Below are positions 20,405 to 30,418 of a stretch of 64,000 bases of DNA, one piece after another. Made by a program: the position numbers and the translations under genes. Every line of letters begins with the position of its first letter. The stretch's first letter is position 1. This DNA comes from Acidobacteriota bacterium (GTDB lineage Bacteria; Acidobacteriota; UBA6911), in assembly GCA_963664705.1 (NCBI GenBank), contig OY761556.1, positions 5,568,001 through 5,632,000 of the forward strand, written 5' to 3'. The notes beneath the pieces were generated by a model that saw only the letters and a program-made list of their open reading frames with translations, had not been told where the DNA came from and made no database searches.

Positions 20405-21968
20405 GTGACGATTCCGCCAGGATTTTTCTAATTTCGTTCATGATCTGCGTAATGCGCTCTTCTTTTTGCAGAATGCCCGCGACAAGTTGTTCGGGAGGGG
20501 AATGCTCGAGGTCCTGCTTGGCATTTGGATTCTTTATATCGAGATTTACTGAGACTAAGATTCCCTTGTCATCGTATTTCAAAATATCCTTTGCCTTCAC
20601 CTTCCAGGCCAGTCCGTTTTCTTTGCGCTTTCTCGACCATTCCAAACAGGGAGCAAACTCCTCGAATTGCATCGGTTGGGTTTTGCTGTAGTTCTTTCTG
20701 CCCTCTGGGGTTGGTTGTTCGTAATACCAGATATCCCTAGTCGGGCCTGATCGATCAAAGAAAAGAAGGTTTGTAGGAATTGGCGTATAAGGCGCAAAAA
20801 CACCGTTCGGAAGTCGCACGATTGTATGAAGGTTGAATTCTTTTAGCAGCTCCTCCTTTATTCGTGCACAAACGCCATCACCAAATAGGACACCGTTCGG
20901 CACAACCATTCCGCAGCGGCCACCTTTTAGACCTCCAACCGGTCGCCGCAGTTTGCGCATAATGAGCTGCAGGAAAAGAAGCGCCGTTTCCGCGTTCTGC
21001 TTGTCCTCGGGAAAGTTTGAGAGAATACCACGCTCCTCTTCACCTCCGAAAGGTGGATTGGTGATTATCACATCAACCCGGTCTCTGTCCCCGATTTCCC
21101 TAAGCGGGAAACGCAACGCGTTCCCCGGGTCGATATCCGGATACTCAAGCCCATGGAGCAAGAGGTTCATTTGGCAAAGCAGATAGGGGAGGGACTTGGC
21201 TTCGATTCCATGGATCGTACCCCGCTGCAAGCGTGCATAGTCATCCGCTTTCTTACACTGTTTTCTCATGTGTTCGAAGGCTTCGACCAGGAATCCACCA
21301 GTTCCCGCGGCCGGATCGAGCACGGCCTCTCCGAGCTTTGGATCGATGACGCTCACGATGAACTTGATCACGGCGCGGGGCGTATAGAACTCGCCGGAAT
21401 CCCCGGCGGCGTCCCGCATCTCCCTGAGCATCGTTTCATAGAGGGCACCTAGCGTATGAATCTCGTCCTTTGACAGGAAATGAATCTCGTTGACCTTGTT
21501 GAGCACATCCCGGAGAAGGTATCCGTTGACCATCCTGTTGACGGTTCCGTCAAAGACGCGGGCGATGACATCGCGACGATCGCCGTTTGTGCTCTGGAGC
21601 GACCGCAAATACGCGAAGAGTCCCGGACCGCGTTTGCCGTCCGGCCGCGTGGCTTCGTCCTGGTTGATGAAGGCGATGAGTTCCGGTCCGGTGATGCCGT
21701 CCGCTTTGGCGGCCCAATCGCGCCAGCGGTACGGTGCTTCGACCGCAGGCCGGAATTTCTTGCCGGCGAGAGTCGCCTCTTCCTTCCGGATCTCTTCCAT
21801 GTCGTCGAGGAACTTCAGGAACATGATCCAGGTGAGCATCGGAAGCCGGTCGAGGTCGCCGTTCAGACCTTTGTCCTTCCGCATGATATCGCGGCAGGAT
21901 TTTATAAGGTTCCCTAGTTGCTGGGCCGTGGATAGAGGAATGATTGCTTTGGATTTCGTTTTAGGCAT
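20394..21968 (-). CDS. hsdM: Type I R-M N6-adenine methyltransferase
   Basis: GEFYTPR, DPAAGTGGFL and NPPF motifs. Confidence 0.95.
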   Translation of the reverse strand: MPKTKSKAIIPLSTAQQLGNLIKSCRDIMRKDKGLNGDLDRLPMLTWIMFLKFLDDMEEIRKEEATLAGKKFRPAVEAPYRWRDWAAKADGITGPELIAFINQDEATRPDGKRGPGLFAYLRSLQSTNGDRRDVIARVFDGTVNRMVNGYLLRDVLNKVNEIHFLSKDEIHTLGALYETMLREMRDAAGDSGEFYTPRAVIKFIVSVIDPKLGEAVLDPAAGTGGFLVEAFEHMRKQCKKADDYARLQRGTIHGIEAKSLPYLLCQMNLLLHGLEYPDIDPGNALRFPLREIGDRDRVDVIITNPPFGGEEERGILSNFPEDKQNAETALLFLQLIMRKLRRPVGGLKGGRCGMVVPNGVLFGDGVCARIKEELLKEFNLHTIVRLPNGVFAPYTPIPTNLLFFDRSGPTRDIWYYEQPTPEGRKNYSKTQPMQFEEFAPCLEWSRKRKENGLAWKVKAKDILKYDDKGILVSVNLDIKNPNAKQDLEHSPPEQLVAGILQKEERITQIMNEIRKILAESSHDF

Positions 21969-21976
21969 GGTTCAAA

Positions 21977-24337
21977 TCAGGCTGCATAGAGAATGGTTTG
22001 TAATTCGGTGACTGCGGCCCGCAGGTTTTCGGCTCCGCCGAAAAGGGCCGTGATCTGCGGTATGGTCCCCCGTTCCGAGATCGGCGGGACCCGCAGAATA
22101 TCTGGAATTGTGAATTCAGCAGTGCCGAACTCGATGTATTTGTCGAGCATCTCGTTTAGCACTGTGTTTGCTTCAGGCGAATACTTGTCAAAGAAATCGG
22201 TCTTTTCCTTGCGGACCATCTCTGCGCGCTCCCTTCGGGTCCGGAGCGGAGCATTGAAGGCCACATGGCAAAGAAGGTCGAAGGGATCGGCATCCGGCTG
22301 TTTTGCCGCCTCTACAAGCTCACCGAAAGATATGCCGCGCTCCTCCAATGCCTGAATGATGGAAGCCCGTTCCTCCGCGTTGCTCCATTTCGAACGGAGA
22401 GCTGCGGCGGAAGGATACATATTCCTTACCTTGTCTGCAGTGTAATCGGTGAATTTGACGACGCGGAGCTGCTTGCCGTCGGGATCGAGTTCGTAGACGA
22501 GATGGGCTGCGATCTCGATGGAACCTTCGTCCACATAGTATTTGCGCGACGGGCCTTCGGGCCGTTCAGGCGGGGTTGTGTATGCTCGTTCCTCTTCTTC
22601 CACGCCCTCTCCCGGTTTTTCTTCCTCGACCACCTCGGGTTCCCTAACCGTCTCGCCCTTGTTGTTCATCTCTTCTTCGGTCACGAGCGCGGGTTCACCG
22701 TCGAAGTCCGGATCAGCAAACAGCCTTGTAGCGCTGCCGGTATAGTCGAGGATATTGAAGTAAAGCTTGCCGTAGTCGTCCCGGACCCTTGTCCCCCGCC
22801 CGATGATTTGCTTGAACTCGGTCATGGAGTTGATCACGCGGGCAAGCACGATGTTTTTGCAGGTCTGCACGTCGACGCCGGTCGTGAGCATCTGGGAGGT
22901 TGTGACGATCGTCGGGACCAATGTTTCAAGTTCCATAAATCGGTCGAGATGACCGCGGCCGATCTTTCCCTCGTCGGAGACGATACGGGCCGTGTAATCA
23001 GGGTTCTTCTGCACCAGATCCGCATTGAGATTGTTCAACACCTTCCGCATTTCCTCTGCATGTTCCTGGTCAACGCAGAAAACAATGGTCTTCGCGTACC
23101 GGTCGGTCTTCTTGAGAAAGTCCGTTAGGTTCCGGGCAATCGCCTCGGTGCGGGCCTTCAACGCCACGATCCGTTCGAAGTCCTTGGTGCTGTACTCCCC
23201 GTCCGGGATCTCGCGTCCGAAGCGGTCGAGCTCGCCCTTGTTCGGCCGCCAGCCTGCGGCATCGGCCGTCGTCACGATGCGGTGGACCTTGTAGGGAGCA
23301 AGGAAACCATCATCGATCCCCTGGCGGAGGCTGTACATATAGATCGGATTGCCGAAATAGCGGTACGTATCGCGGTTATCCTCCCGCATCGGGGTCGCAG
23401 TCATCCCAAGCTGGAATGCAGGTTCAAAGTATTCCAGAATGTCGCGCCAGTTAGACTCGTCGCGAGCGCTACCTCGATGGCACTCATCCACGATCACGAG
23501 ATCGAAGAAATCTTTGGGATATTCGCGATAGAGGCCGGGCCGGCGGGAATCCTTTGCGATCGACTGGTACGTGGCGAAATACATCTCCCGGCTTTTTATC
23601 GCTTCGCCCTCGATCTTGTACCGGGCGTCGCCGAAGGGCGTGAAGATCTTGTCCTTCGGATCATCCACAAGCACATTCCGGTCGGCCAGGTACAGGATCC
23701 TCGGGCGGCGATACTCGCCCGTCCGGTTCCAGCGCGAGTTCCAAAGCTTCCAGCAGATCTGGAAAGCGACAACAGTCTTGCCGGTTCCCGTGGCCAGCGT
23801 CAGAAGCACGCGCTTCTTCCCCTGCAGGATGGACTTCACGGCGCCGTTGATTGCAATTTCCTGATAATAGCGGGGAGTCTTCCCAGAAAGGTGGTAATAC
23901 GGAGCCAGCACGCGCTCAGCCACTTCCGGTGGTATATTTTCGGCAGCCTTCAGGCGAGTCCAAAGCTCTTCGGGTGTGGGGAAGGACTCCAAGTCGTTGT
24001 CCTTTCCCGTGAAGAAATCGTGTTCGACGATCCCGTGGCCGTTCGTGGCATACGCGAACTTGAGGCCCAGGATTTGGGCGTATTCTTTGGCTTGCTGGAG
24101 GCCGTCTCCGGGATTTTTGTATACGGACTTCGCCTCAACGACGGCGAGCGTGAAGTCGCGACGGTACTTCAGGAGATAATCGGCCCGCTTCTGCGGGCGG
24201 CGCGTGGGCTTCGATCCGGCGACCACAATCCGGCCGTCGGTAAAACTCTTCTGTTCGCTAATCTGGTCGTCGGTCCAGCCCGCGGCATAGAGCTTCGGGA
24301 CAACGTACTGGCGGCAGGTATCGGCTTCGGTGAGCAT
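21977..24337 (-). CDS. hsdR: Type I restriction subunit R (EcoAI/EcoEI-like short form)
   Basis: ADY...VEAK nuclease motif; ATGTGKT, DECH, TATP, QIIGRGTR; D-x-FDLLCHVAF C-terminal domain. Confidence 0.95.
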   Translation of the reverse strand: MLTEADTCRQYVVPKLYAAGWTDDQISEQKSFTDGRIVVAGSKPTRRPQKRADYLLKYRRDFTLAVVEAKSVYKNPGDGLQQAKEYAQILGLKFAYATNGHGIVEHDFFTGKDNDLESFPTPEELWTRLKAAENIPPEVAERVLAPYYHLSGKTPRYYQEIAINGAVKSILQGKKRVLLTLATGTGKTVVAFQICWKLWNSRWNRTGEYRRPRILYLADRNVLVDDPKDKIFTPFGDARYKIEGEAIKSREMYFATYQSIAKDSRRPGLYREYPKDFFDLVIVDECHRGSARDESNWRDILEYFEPAFQLGMTATPMREDNRDTYRYFGNPIYMYSLRQGIDDGFLAPYKVHRIVTTADAAGWRPNKGELDRFGREIPDGEYSTKDFERIVALKARTEAIARNLTDFLKKTDRYAKTIVFCVDQEHAEEMRKVLNNLNADLVQKNPDYTARIVSDEGKIGRGHLDRFMELETLVPTIVTTSQMLTTGVDVQTCKNIVLARVINSMTEFKQIIGRGTRVRDDYGKLYFNILDYTGSATRLFADPDFDGEPALVTEEEMNNKGETVREPEVVEEEKPGEGVEEEERAYTTPPERPEGPSRKYYVDEGSIEIAAHLVYELDPDGKQLRVVKFTDYTADKVRNMYPSAAALRSKWSNAEERASIIQALEERGISFGELVEAAKQPDADPFDLLCHVAFNAPLRTRRERAEMVRKEKTDFFDKYSPEANTVLNEMLDKYIEFGTAEFTIPDILRVPPISERGTIPQITALFGGAENLRAAVTELQTILYAA

Positions 24338-24696
24338 GAGTTTTCGTTGTTTTGGTTACGCCCATCTGCAATTTTACGAAATGATATTGATGGTAATCCC
24401 GCAAGCGCGAGTAAATGCTTATAATAACAGAAACACTGGGGATTTCAGCCGAAAACTAAGGGGCGGATGCCTTGATTCTATGGCGTTTACAGGTTTTGCG
24501 CAAACAAATCTAAGGGTTAATTCCAATTTCCTGAGCGCGGCGGGTAAAGCATTTTGGGAACATTCGCAATTCTTGACAGAGAAAAAATAAAAGCCGAACA
24601 TTATGGTGTTCCTCGTCCAACTGTCCTTGGAATGTCGCTAAAGGCCGGGAGGCAATTGTGACGATTGCTTTCTATAAAAAACAGGAAAATAGCTAT

Positions 24697-24945
24697 ATGG
24701 ATGAACACACGAAACACGAATTTACGATATTCGTCAATAATCAGTCGTTTGAGACCCCTGCTCATGAACTTACCGGCGCAGAAACCAAAGCTTTGGCTGG
24801 CGTTCCGGCTGACTATGAATTGTTCTTGGTCAACGGGAATCAAACGTCTCCGGTAAGTGATAGCGACAAGATACATATTCACAATAACGAGCACTTTCGC
24901 GCGATCCCTTCGGGTACATTTGGTAAACGTGACCTTACCGCCTAA
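24697..24945 (+). CDS. Ubiquitin-like (multiubiquitin-domain) protein 1
   Basis: FTIFVNN...LTGAETKALAGVPADYELF...EHFRAIPSGTFG plus tail KRDLTA; AGGA RBS. Confidence 0.8.
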   Translation: MDEHTKHEFTIFVNNQSFETPAHELTGAETKALAGVPADYELFLVNGNQTSPVSDSDKIHIHNNEHFRAIPSGTFGKRDLTA

Positions 24946-25309
24946 ACTACAAAAAGAGCTCGAAGAGCTCCGTCAAGAGCATAGTATTGTGGTGGTGGAA
25001 GAGGGAGATTGGATCAATCTCACCTTTACTGGGTTTAGTTTGGAGGACGGGTTTAATATCCCCACTTCCGACCTACTTCTTCGAATACCCCGGTCCTATC
25101 CCGATGCAGGTCCAGATATGTTCTGGCTTGAAGAAGCGCTGACCCTTGCAAACGGCCAAATACCTCAAGCAGCTGAAGCAATCGAGGGACCATTTTCCGG
25201 GCGCAGATGGCGTAGATTCTCATGGCATCGCCAAGGATGGCGGCCGTCCATCGACAACATCGATGCTCATCTTGAATTTATCCGTCGCAGGCTCCGAGAA
25301 AAAAGATGA
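24929..25309 (+). CDS. E2/UBC-fold protein 1 (Prok-E2 family E-like), cysteine-free
   Basis: GTG start overlapping the Ubl gene; LLLRIPRSYPDAGPDMFW and WRRFSWH motifs. Confidence 0.82.
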   Translation: MTLPPKLQKELEELRQEHSIVVVEEGDWINLTFTGFSLEDGFNIPTSDLLLRIPRSYPDAGPDMFWLEEALTLANGQIPQAAEAIEGPFSGRRWRRFSWHRQGWRPSIDNIDAHLEFIRRRLREKR

Positions 25310-26673
25310 AACCCGTATTTATTACAATCAATTCGAACGATTGGGAACTGCTAAGACAAGGCCTCTTTACTGAAGACGGCCACGAGAATGCCGCTGTTTT
25401 ACTTTGTGGATCATCCGATACTGATACTCAACGCCGTCTATTGGTTCGTCGGATACGGAATGTGCCCTCCGACATGTATGTCGAGCGCCTTCCCTATCAT
25501 TTGGAAGTCGCATCTTCTTTTTATAACCAAATCGTAACCGAATGTCTTAACTCTAAATTATCCCCGGTTATAGTCCATTCACATCCCGGACATCATAAGG
25601 CCTGGTACTCCGAATCAGATGACTATGGCGAAAAGCGACTTCTGCCTGTCTTGGCTACGCTGCTACCGGGCACCTTGCCTACAAGCCTTGTTGTGACTCC
25701 AAAGGAAGCGACCGGCCGCGTCTTTGTAGATGGTGCCTTTATTCCGTTGGCAGGCATGACAGTAATGGGCACTCCCATGGTTAGATCTCGGTTTATCGGC
25801 GATAGTCGGGATAATGAGGAATTCTCAGAGAAGTTCAATCGCCAGATCCGGGCATTTGGAAGAGATGGGCAGCAGACAATCGAATCGTTGAAAATTGGGG
25901 TGGTTGGCGTTGGGGGTACCGGCTCTCTCGTCGCCGAGCAAATGGCGCGAGCTGGAATTCGCAATCTTCTTCTCGTTGATCACGATCTTATTGAAGAGAG
26001 TAATCTCAGTCGAATTTTTGGAGCAACCCATCAGGATCTAAATCGATACAAAGTTGATGTGCTTGCGGAATATTTGGAGAAGATAAGCGACTCTGCAGTA
26101 TCGAAGGACAACCGATCGGCCATAAAACAGACGGTGCTGGCAAGGATGCGAGATTGCGATTTGGTATTCAGCTGTGTTGATAATGACCGGACACGGGCCT
26201 TGCTTAATCGTTTCGCTCACCAGTATTTGATACCTGTCATTGACCTTGGGACACGGCTCGATGGGCGACAGGGCCATATCACGGCCGCTGCCGGCCGTGT
26301 AAGCATACTAGGGAACAGTTTTACATGTTTACGATGCTCAAATCATATCAGTGCCGAACGTATTCGGGCGGAATCCATGCCTCGTGATGAAAGGATTGCC
26401 CTACAAAAGGAGGGCTACATCATGGGCATCGACGAACCAGCTCCGGCGGTGGTTTCGATGAATACCGTTGTCGCTGGCTTGGGTGTCACGGCTGCACTAA
26501 ACCTTTTTGTTTCGCTAACAGGAGGCATCCAGCCTCTTGATCAGATTTATGATGCCCGATCTGGGTCCGTATTTCCGATAAACCCACGACACGAAAAAGG
26601 ATGTGATATTTGTGACGATACAGAGGGAATAAAAGCACTTGGAGATGTCCAAATAGTTTCAGCTTACGATTAG
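25306..26673 (+). CDS. JAB-peptidase-E1(ThiF) fusion 1
   Basis: E...VHSHP-x6-S-x2-D JAB motif; RQ...GVGGTGS, DHDLIEESNLSR, CVD, CLRC...CDIC. Confidence 0.9.
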   Translation: MKPVFITINSNDWELLRQGLFTEDGHENAAVLLCGSSDTDTQRRLLVRRIRNVPSDMYVERLPYHLEVASSFYNQIVTECLNSKLSPVIVHSHPGHHKAWYSESDDYGEKRLLPVLATLLPGTLPTSLVVTPKEATGRVFVDGAFIPLAGMTVMGTPMVRSRFIGDSRDNEEFSEKFNRQIRAFGRDGQQTIESLKIGVVGVGGTGSLVAEQMARAGIRNLLLVDHDLIEESNLSRIFGATHQDLNRYKVDVLAEYLEKISDSAVSKDNRSAIKQTVLARMRDCDLVFSCVDNDRTRALLNRFAHQYLIPVIDLGTRLDGRQGHITAAAGRVSILGNSFTCLRCSNHISAERIRAESMPRDERIALQKEGYIMGIDEPAPAVVSMNTVVAGLGVTAALNLFVSLTGGIQPLDQIYDARSGSVFPINPRHEKGCDICDDTEGIKALGDVQIVSAYD

Positions 26674-26685
26674 GTAGAGCCTATT

Positions 26686-27522
26686 ATGAGCGCGACTCCA
26701 TCCCATCCGCCGAAATTCACATTAACTCTTCGAGCCTCCCCTTTGGCAACCCGGTATTTTGAGCCGATTGCGGTTGACTTTGCGGTAACGAATGATTCGA
26801 GCGATATGTTGTTCATTGAATCATCCTCGTTGAAATTTGAGGCAGATACCGGAGCAATTCCAAACTACGTCGACTGGTCTCCTGGTTTGAGATTGGCCCC
26901 GAGTGAGCAAGGACGCATTTCAGTTGTCGTTCGACCGGTTCCTCTATACAAAGAGTTCACAAATCAATTTGACGTCCTAATAAAATACCGTCCCGAAGTT
27001 CAGGGGCGATTGGGTAAGTTATCGACTGAACAGCACGGTGGTTTTTATATAATCGTCAACACCCCTCCTGCTGATTTGGGGGATGTTTTCGTGAGTTTTA
27101 AGCAGCCCGAAGACCAGCGATTAGCAAACATTTTAGAGCGCTATGCAAAGAGAGCTGGATTCACGCCACACCTTTTCATGCGCAATCCGGCCGTTGGCAC
27201 CGACCAGTGGAGATCAATTGAAAAGCTGATTAAGCAGTCTCATTCAATGTTCGTGGTATGGGGGCGCAGGACCGAATGGGGTGAAGGAGTCGAAAAGGAA
27301 ATCGAATTGTGCCGAAAGCGACGCATGCGAGAGGTTCTCTTAATCGAGAACGACCTTGCACTACCGGACATTTATCATGGCACCAACTGCACATATAAAA
27401 GATATGATCAATCGGATCCGGCGCATGCACTATCGGAGGCCGTAAGTTCACTGCGGGATCAGATCGTCGATTCGCAAAATAGGTTAAGGCGAACCGAAGA
27501 TGCCCACACCGTGGAATATTGA
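26686..27522 (+). CDS. Ig-like beta-sandwich + TIR-domain protein
   Basis: Beta-rich N-half; C-half DVFVSF...D...A..L...G...GT...I...I..S...FVVW...GVEKEI fits the TIR_2 pattern, including the catalytic Glu. Confidence 0.75.
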   Translation: MSATPSHPPKFTLTLRASPLATRYFEPIAVDFAVTNDSSDMLFIESSSLKFEADTGAIPNYVDWSPGLRLAPSEQGRISVVVRPVPLYKEFTNQFDVLIKYRPEVQGRLGKLSTEQHGGFYIIVNTPPADLGDVFVSFKQPEDQRLANILERYAKRAGFTPHLFMRNPAVGTDQWRSIEKLIKQSHSMFVVWGRRTEWGEGVEKEIELCRKRRMREVLLIENDLALPDIYHGTNCTYKRYDQSDPAHALSEAVSSLRDQIVDSQNRLRRTEDAHTVEY

Positions 27523-27596
27523 TTATTCTCGTGAGATGAAAGAGTATTTCAGCCCTTTGGTTCGAGAAAAGTGAATTACCGAAAACAGCTTCCTAG

Positions 27597-27938
27597 TCAA
27601 ATCCATTTCACGCGATTCTGCACTATCCAAAAATGGCTATGACATTGATCTCGATACCAGAGGGAAGGGCTAATTGTCACCGAGCCTCTTCCGTATTTCA
27701 CGGTCCAGTGGGGATGATCAGTTGGACGCAGATTCACTGATAATCGATGTCCCCTACGACAGGGACAGTCAAAAATCGCCCAGAGAGGGTGTCCATGCCG
27801 TTCGACCACAAAGATAAGGGACACCGTATCATCCGGAACATCACTGACCCGCTCGACGAAACGCACGCCGGTAAAGCGCCGCCGGCGCATCAGACGCGGA
27901 GCAATACGTACCAAGAGATCGGTGAATCTTTTTTTCAT
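27597..27938 (-). CDS. DUF6527-family protein
   Basis: FDCPCRRGH...VNL...W...TISPSLW...CHSHFWI; start overlaps the E1 stop. Confidence 0.82.
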   Translation of the reverse strand: MKKRFTDLLVRIAPRLMRRRRFTGVRFVERVSDVPDDTVSLIFVVERHGHPLWAIFDCPCRRGHRLSVNLRPTDHPHWTVKYGRGSVTISPSLWYRDQCHSHFWIVQNRVKWI

Positions 27939-29314
27939 CAGCTTCCCCAGGTCATATCCAAAAACAGGTCCACATCTCCTCTCCCCCAATTAGTGCGATT
28001 TGCACAAAAGCAGTTCGCTTCCGCCGGCGTTGAATTTTTGATGATCTTTGAATCATCGAAAAGAACAAGCAACTCGGAACTGACGCGGTCCGTTCCCATA
28101 TAACCGCTAAGCCTGTGAAGAAGCTCATTGATGGCGAAAGATGCTACGGAGGTCGTGAAAGGAATGACAGCTGGCGCATCGGTATGTAGCTCCGGCACAT
28201 ATTGCTGGCGTCGGCGGCGCTCATATTCTGCTGGATCCGATTCCTCCAATACCTCTGCGGCAACCACGTCTCCGGATATCCGTTTGCGGCAAAACAGGCA
28301 CGCAGCACCCGGCAGCAACGTTGTAACACGGCCCTCAATTGCCTTGATTGTGCCATTATCCGAATCAATCTTTGCGCCCAAATCGAATACCGGAATCAGA
28401 TACCAAATCGCGAACCGCGTCAGTATAGAACGCCCCCGCTCGCGGTCCGTACATCCAAAGATCAGATCGCATTCCCGAAACCGCTTTATCACCGCTACAT
28501 TGGTTATATTTTCAGGAATGATCTCGATCGCTGTTCCCATTCCAACATCCTCAGAATGGTGCCTAAACACTTCCACCTTCGGGTTGCCGACATCGTGGAC
28601 ACGCGAACCGTGACAGCGAGTCACGTTGGATTTTTCAAGACCCTGGGCGTCTGCGATGATGAGTTTTCCGACTCCGAGCCGGATCAATTGTTCCGCAACT
28701 GCGGACCCGGTTCCGCCCATCCCGACGATTCCAACGACCAATCGGCCCAGCAGTTTCTGAAGGTCTTCACCGAAGGCCAGAACCTGCCGGGAAAAGAAAT
28801 CCAGATCGATCTCCGACTCGCGGTCCAACACAAATCGGAATCGATTGCCGATAACGCGAATCCTCTCCATGGACACGATCGTGCCGTCCTGCCGCCAGAT
28901 CCTACCGACGGGCTTTTCTGGAGAGGAGAATACGATGCTGCCGTGGATGGCCGCCTCGTTGTGTATTCGATTGTATGCCGTCCGAAACAGCGGAGCTTCG
29001 GTCCAATCATCTTGTTCGGAGTGCCCGGGAACCGTCGGGGGATGAGAGTGCGCAAACACAAAGCAGAGTTGCCGGTCGGCCGCAGCTTTTATCGCGTGCA
29101 GGAAGGACGACTGCTGGATCTGCATGTGAACATTTGAGGAATGGTCGATTTCGGTTGCCGATACCGGAATCACTTCCCGCACCAGCAGCCGATTCTCGTC
29201 CGCGCTCGCCGAAATGCCGCAAAGGAGATAGGCTGCCTCTTCGCGAGACGAGTGGAAAAGATGGTTAGTGAGCCGCTCGTAATCCTCTTCTGTGAAGGTC
29301 AACGTGAAGCGCAT
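27938..29314 (-). CDS. JAB-peptidase-E1(ThiF) fusion 2
   Basis: EEAAY...AHSHP-x6-SEQDD; RQ...GMGGTGS, SNVTR, GCTD, CLFC...CFC; start at MRFTL. Confidence 0.9.
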   Translation of the reverse strand: MRFTLTFTEEDYERLTNHLFHSSREEAAYLLCGISASADENRLLVREVIPVSATEIDHSSNVHMQIQQSSFLHAIKAAADRQLCFVFAHSHPPTVPGHSEQDDWTEAPLFRTAYNRIHNEAAIHGSIVFSSPEKPVGRIWRQDGTIVSMERIRVIGNRFRFVLDRESEIDLDFFSRQVLAFGEDLQKLLGRLVVGIVGMGGTGSAVAEQLIRLGVGKLIIADAQGLEKSNVTRCHGSRVHDVGNPKVEVFRHHSEDVGMGTAIEIIPENITNVAVIKRFRECDLIFGCTDRERGRSILTRFAIWYLIPVFDLGAKIDSDNGTIKAIEGRVTTLLPGAACLFCRKRISGDVVAAEVLEESDPAEYERRRRQQYVPELHTDAPAVIPFTTSVASFAINELLHRLSGYMGTDRVSSELLVLFDDSKIIKNSTPAEANCFCANRTNWGRGDVDLFLDMTWGS

Positions 29315-29316
29315 GG

Positions 29317-29685
29317 TTATATCCCTTTGGAGATTTCGGCGCTTACGGCGGCAATGAAGTTCCGCAGACTGTCGACACCCGAGCGCCACGTCAGATGCCG
29401 CGACCACTGCTGCCATAACTTGTTGCCGACGGTGACATGCTGGTTACAATTCTGCGGAAAGCTACCGGAGGGAAGCTTGACATCCGGGATCGTGTAAAAC
29501 ATATCCACCGCAGTCTGCGGATATCCCGAAAGAAGCCGAATCAGTATGTCGGCTTCTTTCGGTGCGTATGGACCGAAGGGAAAGCGATGGATGATCAGGT
29601 GGATTTCTTTGTCCGATTGCAGGAGCTCGTAGTCGAACTCCTTCTCCTTCAGAAATTCGATATCGTCTTCCGGTATTAGCGGCAT
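29317..29685 (-). CDS. E2/UBC-fold protein 2 (Prok-E2 family E-like)
   Basis: ILIRLLSGYPQTAVDMFY and WQQWSRH...WRSGVD motifs. Confidence 0.85.
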   Translation of the reverse strand: MPLIPEDDIEFLKEKEFDYELLQSDKEIHLIIHRFPFGPYAPKEADILIRLLSGYPQTAVDMFYTIPDVKLPSGSFPQNCNQHVTVGNKLWQQWSRHLTWRSGVDSLRNFIAAVSAEISKGI

Positions 29686-29927
29686 AGGCTTCCAGGATTG
29701 AGTTTCTTTTGGACCGAGAAGAAGTGCTCCCCATTCTTCAGCGTAAGGGGCGTGCCGTCATTAGGCACCAGCGTATCATCCACTTTCCCGTGGACTTCTT
29801 GGTACAGGTCATACATGTTCGGATCAATCGTGCCGAGCACGTATAATGCCGCACCCGTGGTCGGATTCGGCGAATCGTGCTTCTTCTTGTCGATGAAAAT
29901 CTCAACTTTAGTGTGTTCCATTTGCAT
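29676..29927 (-). CDS. Ubiquitin-like (multiubiquitin-domain) protein 2
   Basis: VEIFID...TTGAALYVLG...YDLY...LKNGEHFFSVQKKLNPG plus tail SLCR. Confidence 0.82.
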   Translation of the reverse strand: MQMEHTKVEIFIDKKKHDSPNPTTGAALYVLGTIDPNMYDLYQEVHGKVDDTLVPNDGTPLTLKNGEHFFSVQKKLNPGSLCR

Positions 29928-30001
29928 TTTCTCCCAATTTTTGAGCTCGACCTTTCATTCAACCTTGCCGGCCTTGACTATCCGGCTACTTTATGCAAAA
30001 C

Positions 30002-30069
30002 TGTCTTATATGTGAAACAGTATAGGCGGATCCGTATCACATGTCAAGCTTTGTCTTAGGTATGAAACA
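30002..30069 (-). promoter_or_regulatory. Consensus sigma70 promoter for Ubl operon 2, flanked by two operator palindromes
   Basis: Minus strand TTGACA (30047-30042)-17 bp-TATACT (30024-30019); TGTCTTA-N4-TGAAACA at 30002-30019 and 30052-30069. Confidence 0.82.
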
Positions 30070-30071
30070 CT

Positions 30072-30404
30072 ATGGCTAAAATCACCATTCAAACACTCGG
30101 ACGCAAGCTTGTTGAAGCCAGGGGAACCCGGGGCATCAGGGAAGCTGCAAAAGAAATTGGAATAAGCCCGGCAACCCTGTCGCGGGTAGAGAGAGGCAAC
30201 CTCCCAGACCTGGAGACGTTCGGGAAAATCTGCAAATGGCTCAAAATCGATCCGGGGCATGTATTGGGTGTTACGCAATCCCCCACGGAAAGGCCGACCA
30301 TTGCAGTCCAGTTCCGGAAGGATCAGGCCCTTGATCCCAAAACGGCCCAGGCCCTTGCGAGCATGATCCTTGCCGCCCAGAGGGCGATCCTGGCTTCCGA
30401 GTAG
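30072..30404 (+). CDS. XRE-family HTH regulator (CapH/ImmR-like)
   Basis: GIREAAKEIGISPATLSRVERGNLPD. Confidence 0.9.
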   Translation: MAKITIQTLGRKLVEARGTRGIREAAKEIGISPATLSRVERGNLPDLETFGKICKWLKIDPGHVLGVTQSPTERPTIAVQFRKDQALDPKTAQALASMILAAQRAILASE

Positions 30405-30418
30405 TTTAAAAAGGATTA

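Noticed and set aside
24573-24601. Promoter for Ubl operon 1
   Set aside because: A perfect TTGACA is present, but there is no convincing -10 at 16-18 bp.
24697-29927. CBASS/Pycsar type II, or ThiS/MoaD sulfur-carrier biosynthesis
   Set aside because: No nucleotide cyclase; presence of E2 and DUF6527 and absence of thiamine or molybdopterin genes argue against cofactor synthesis.
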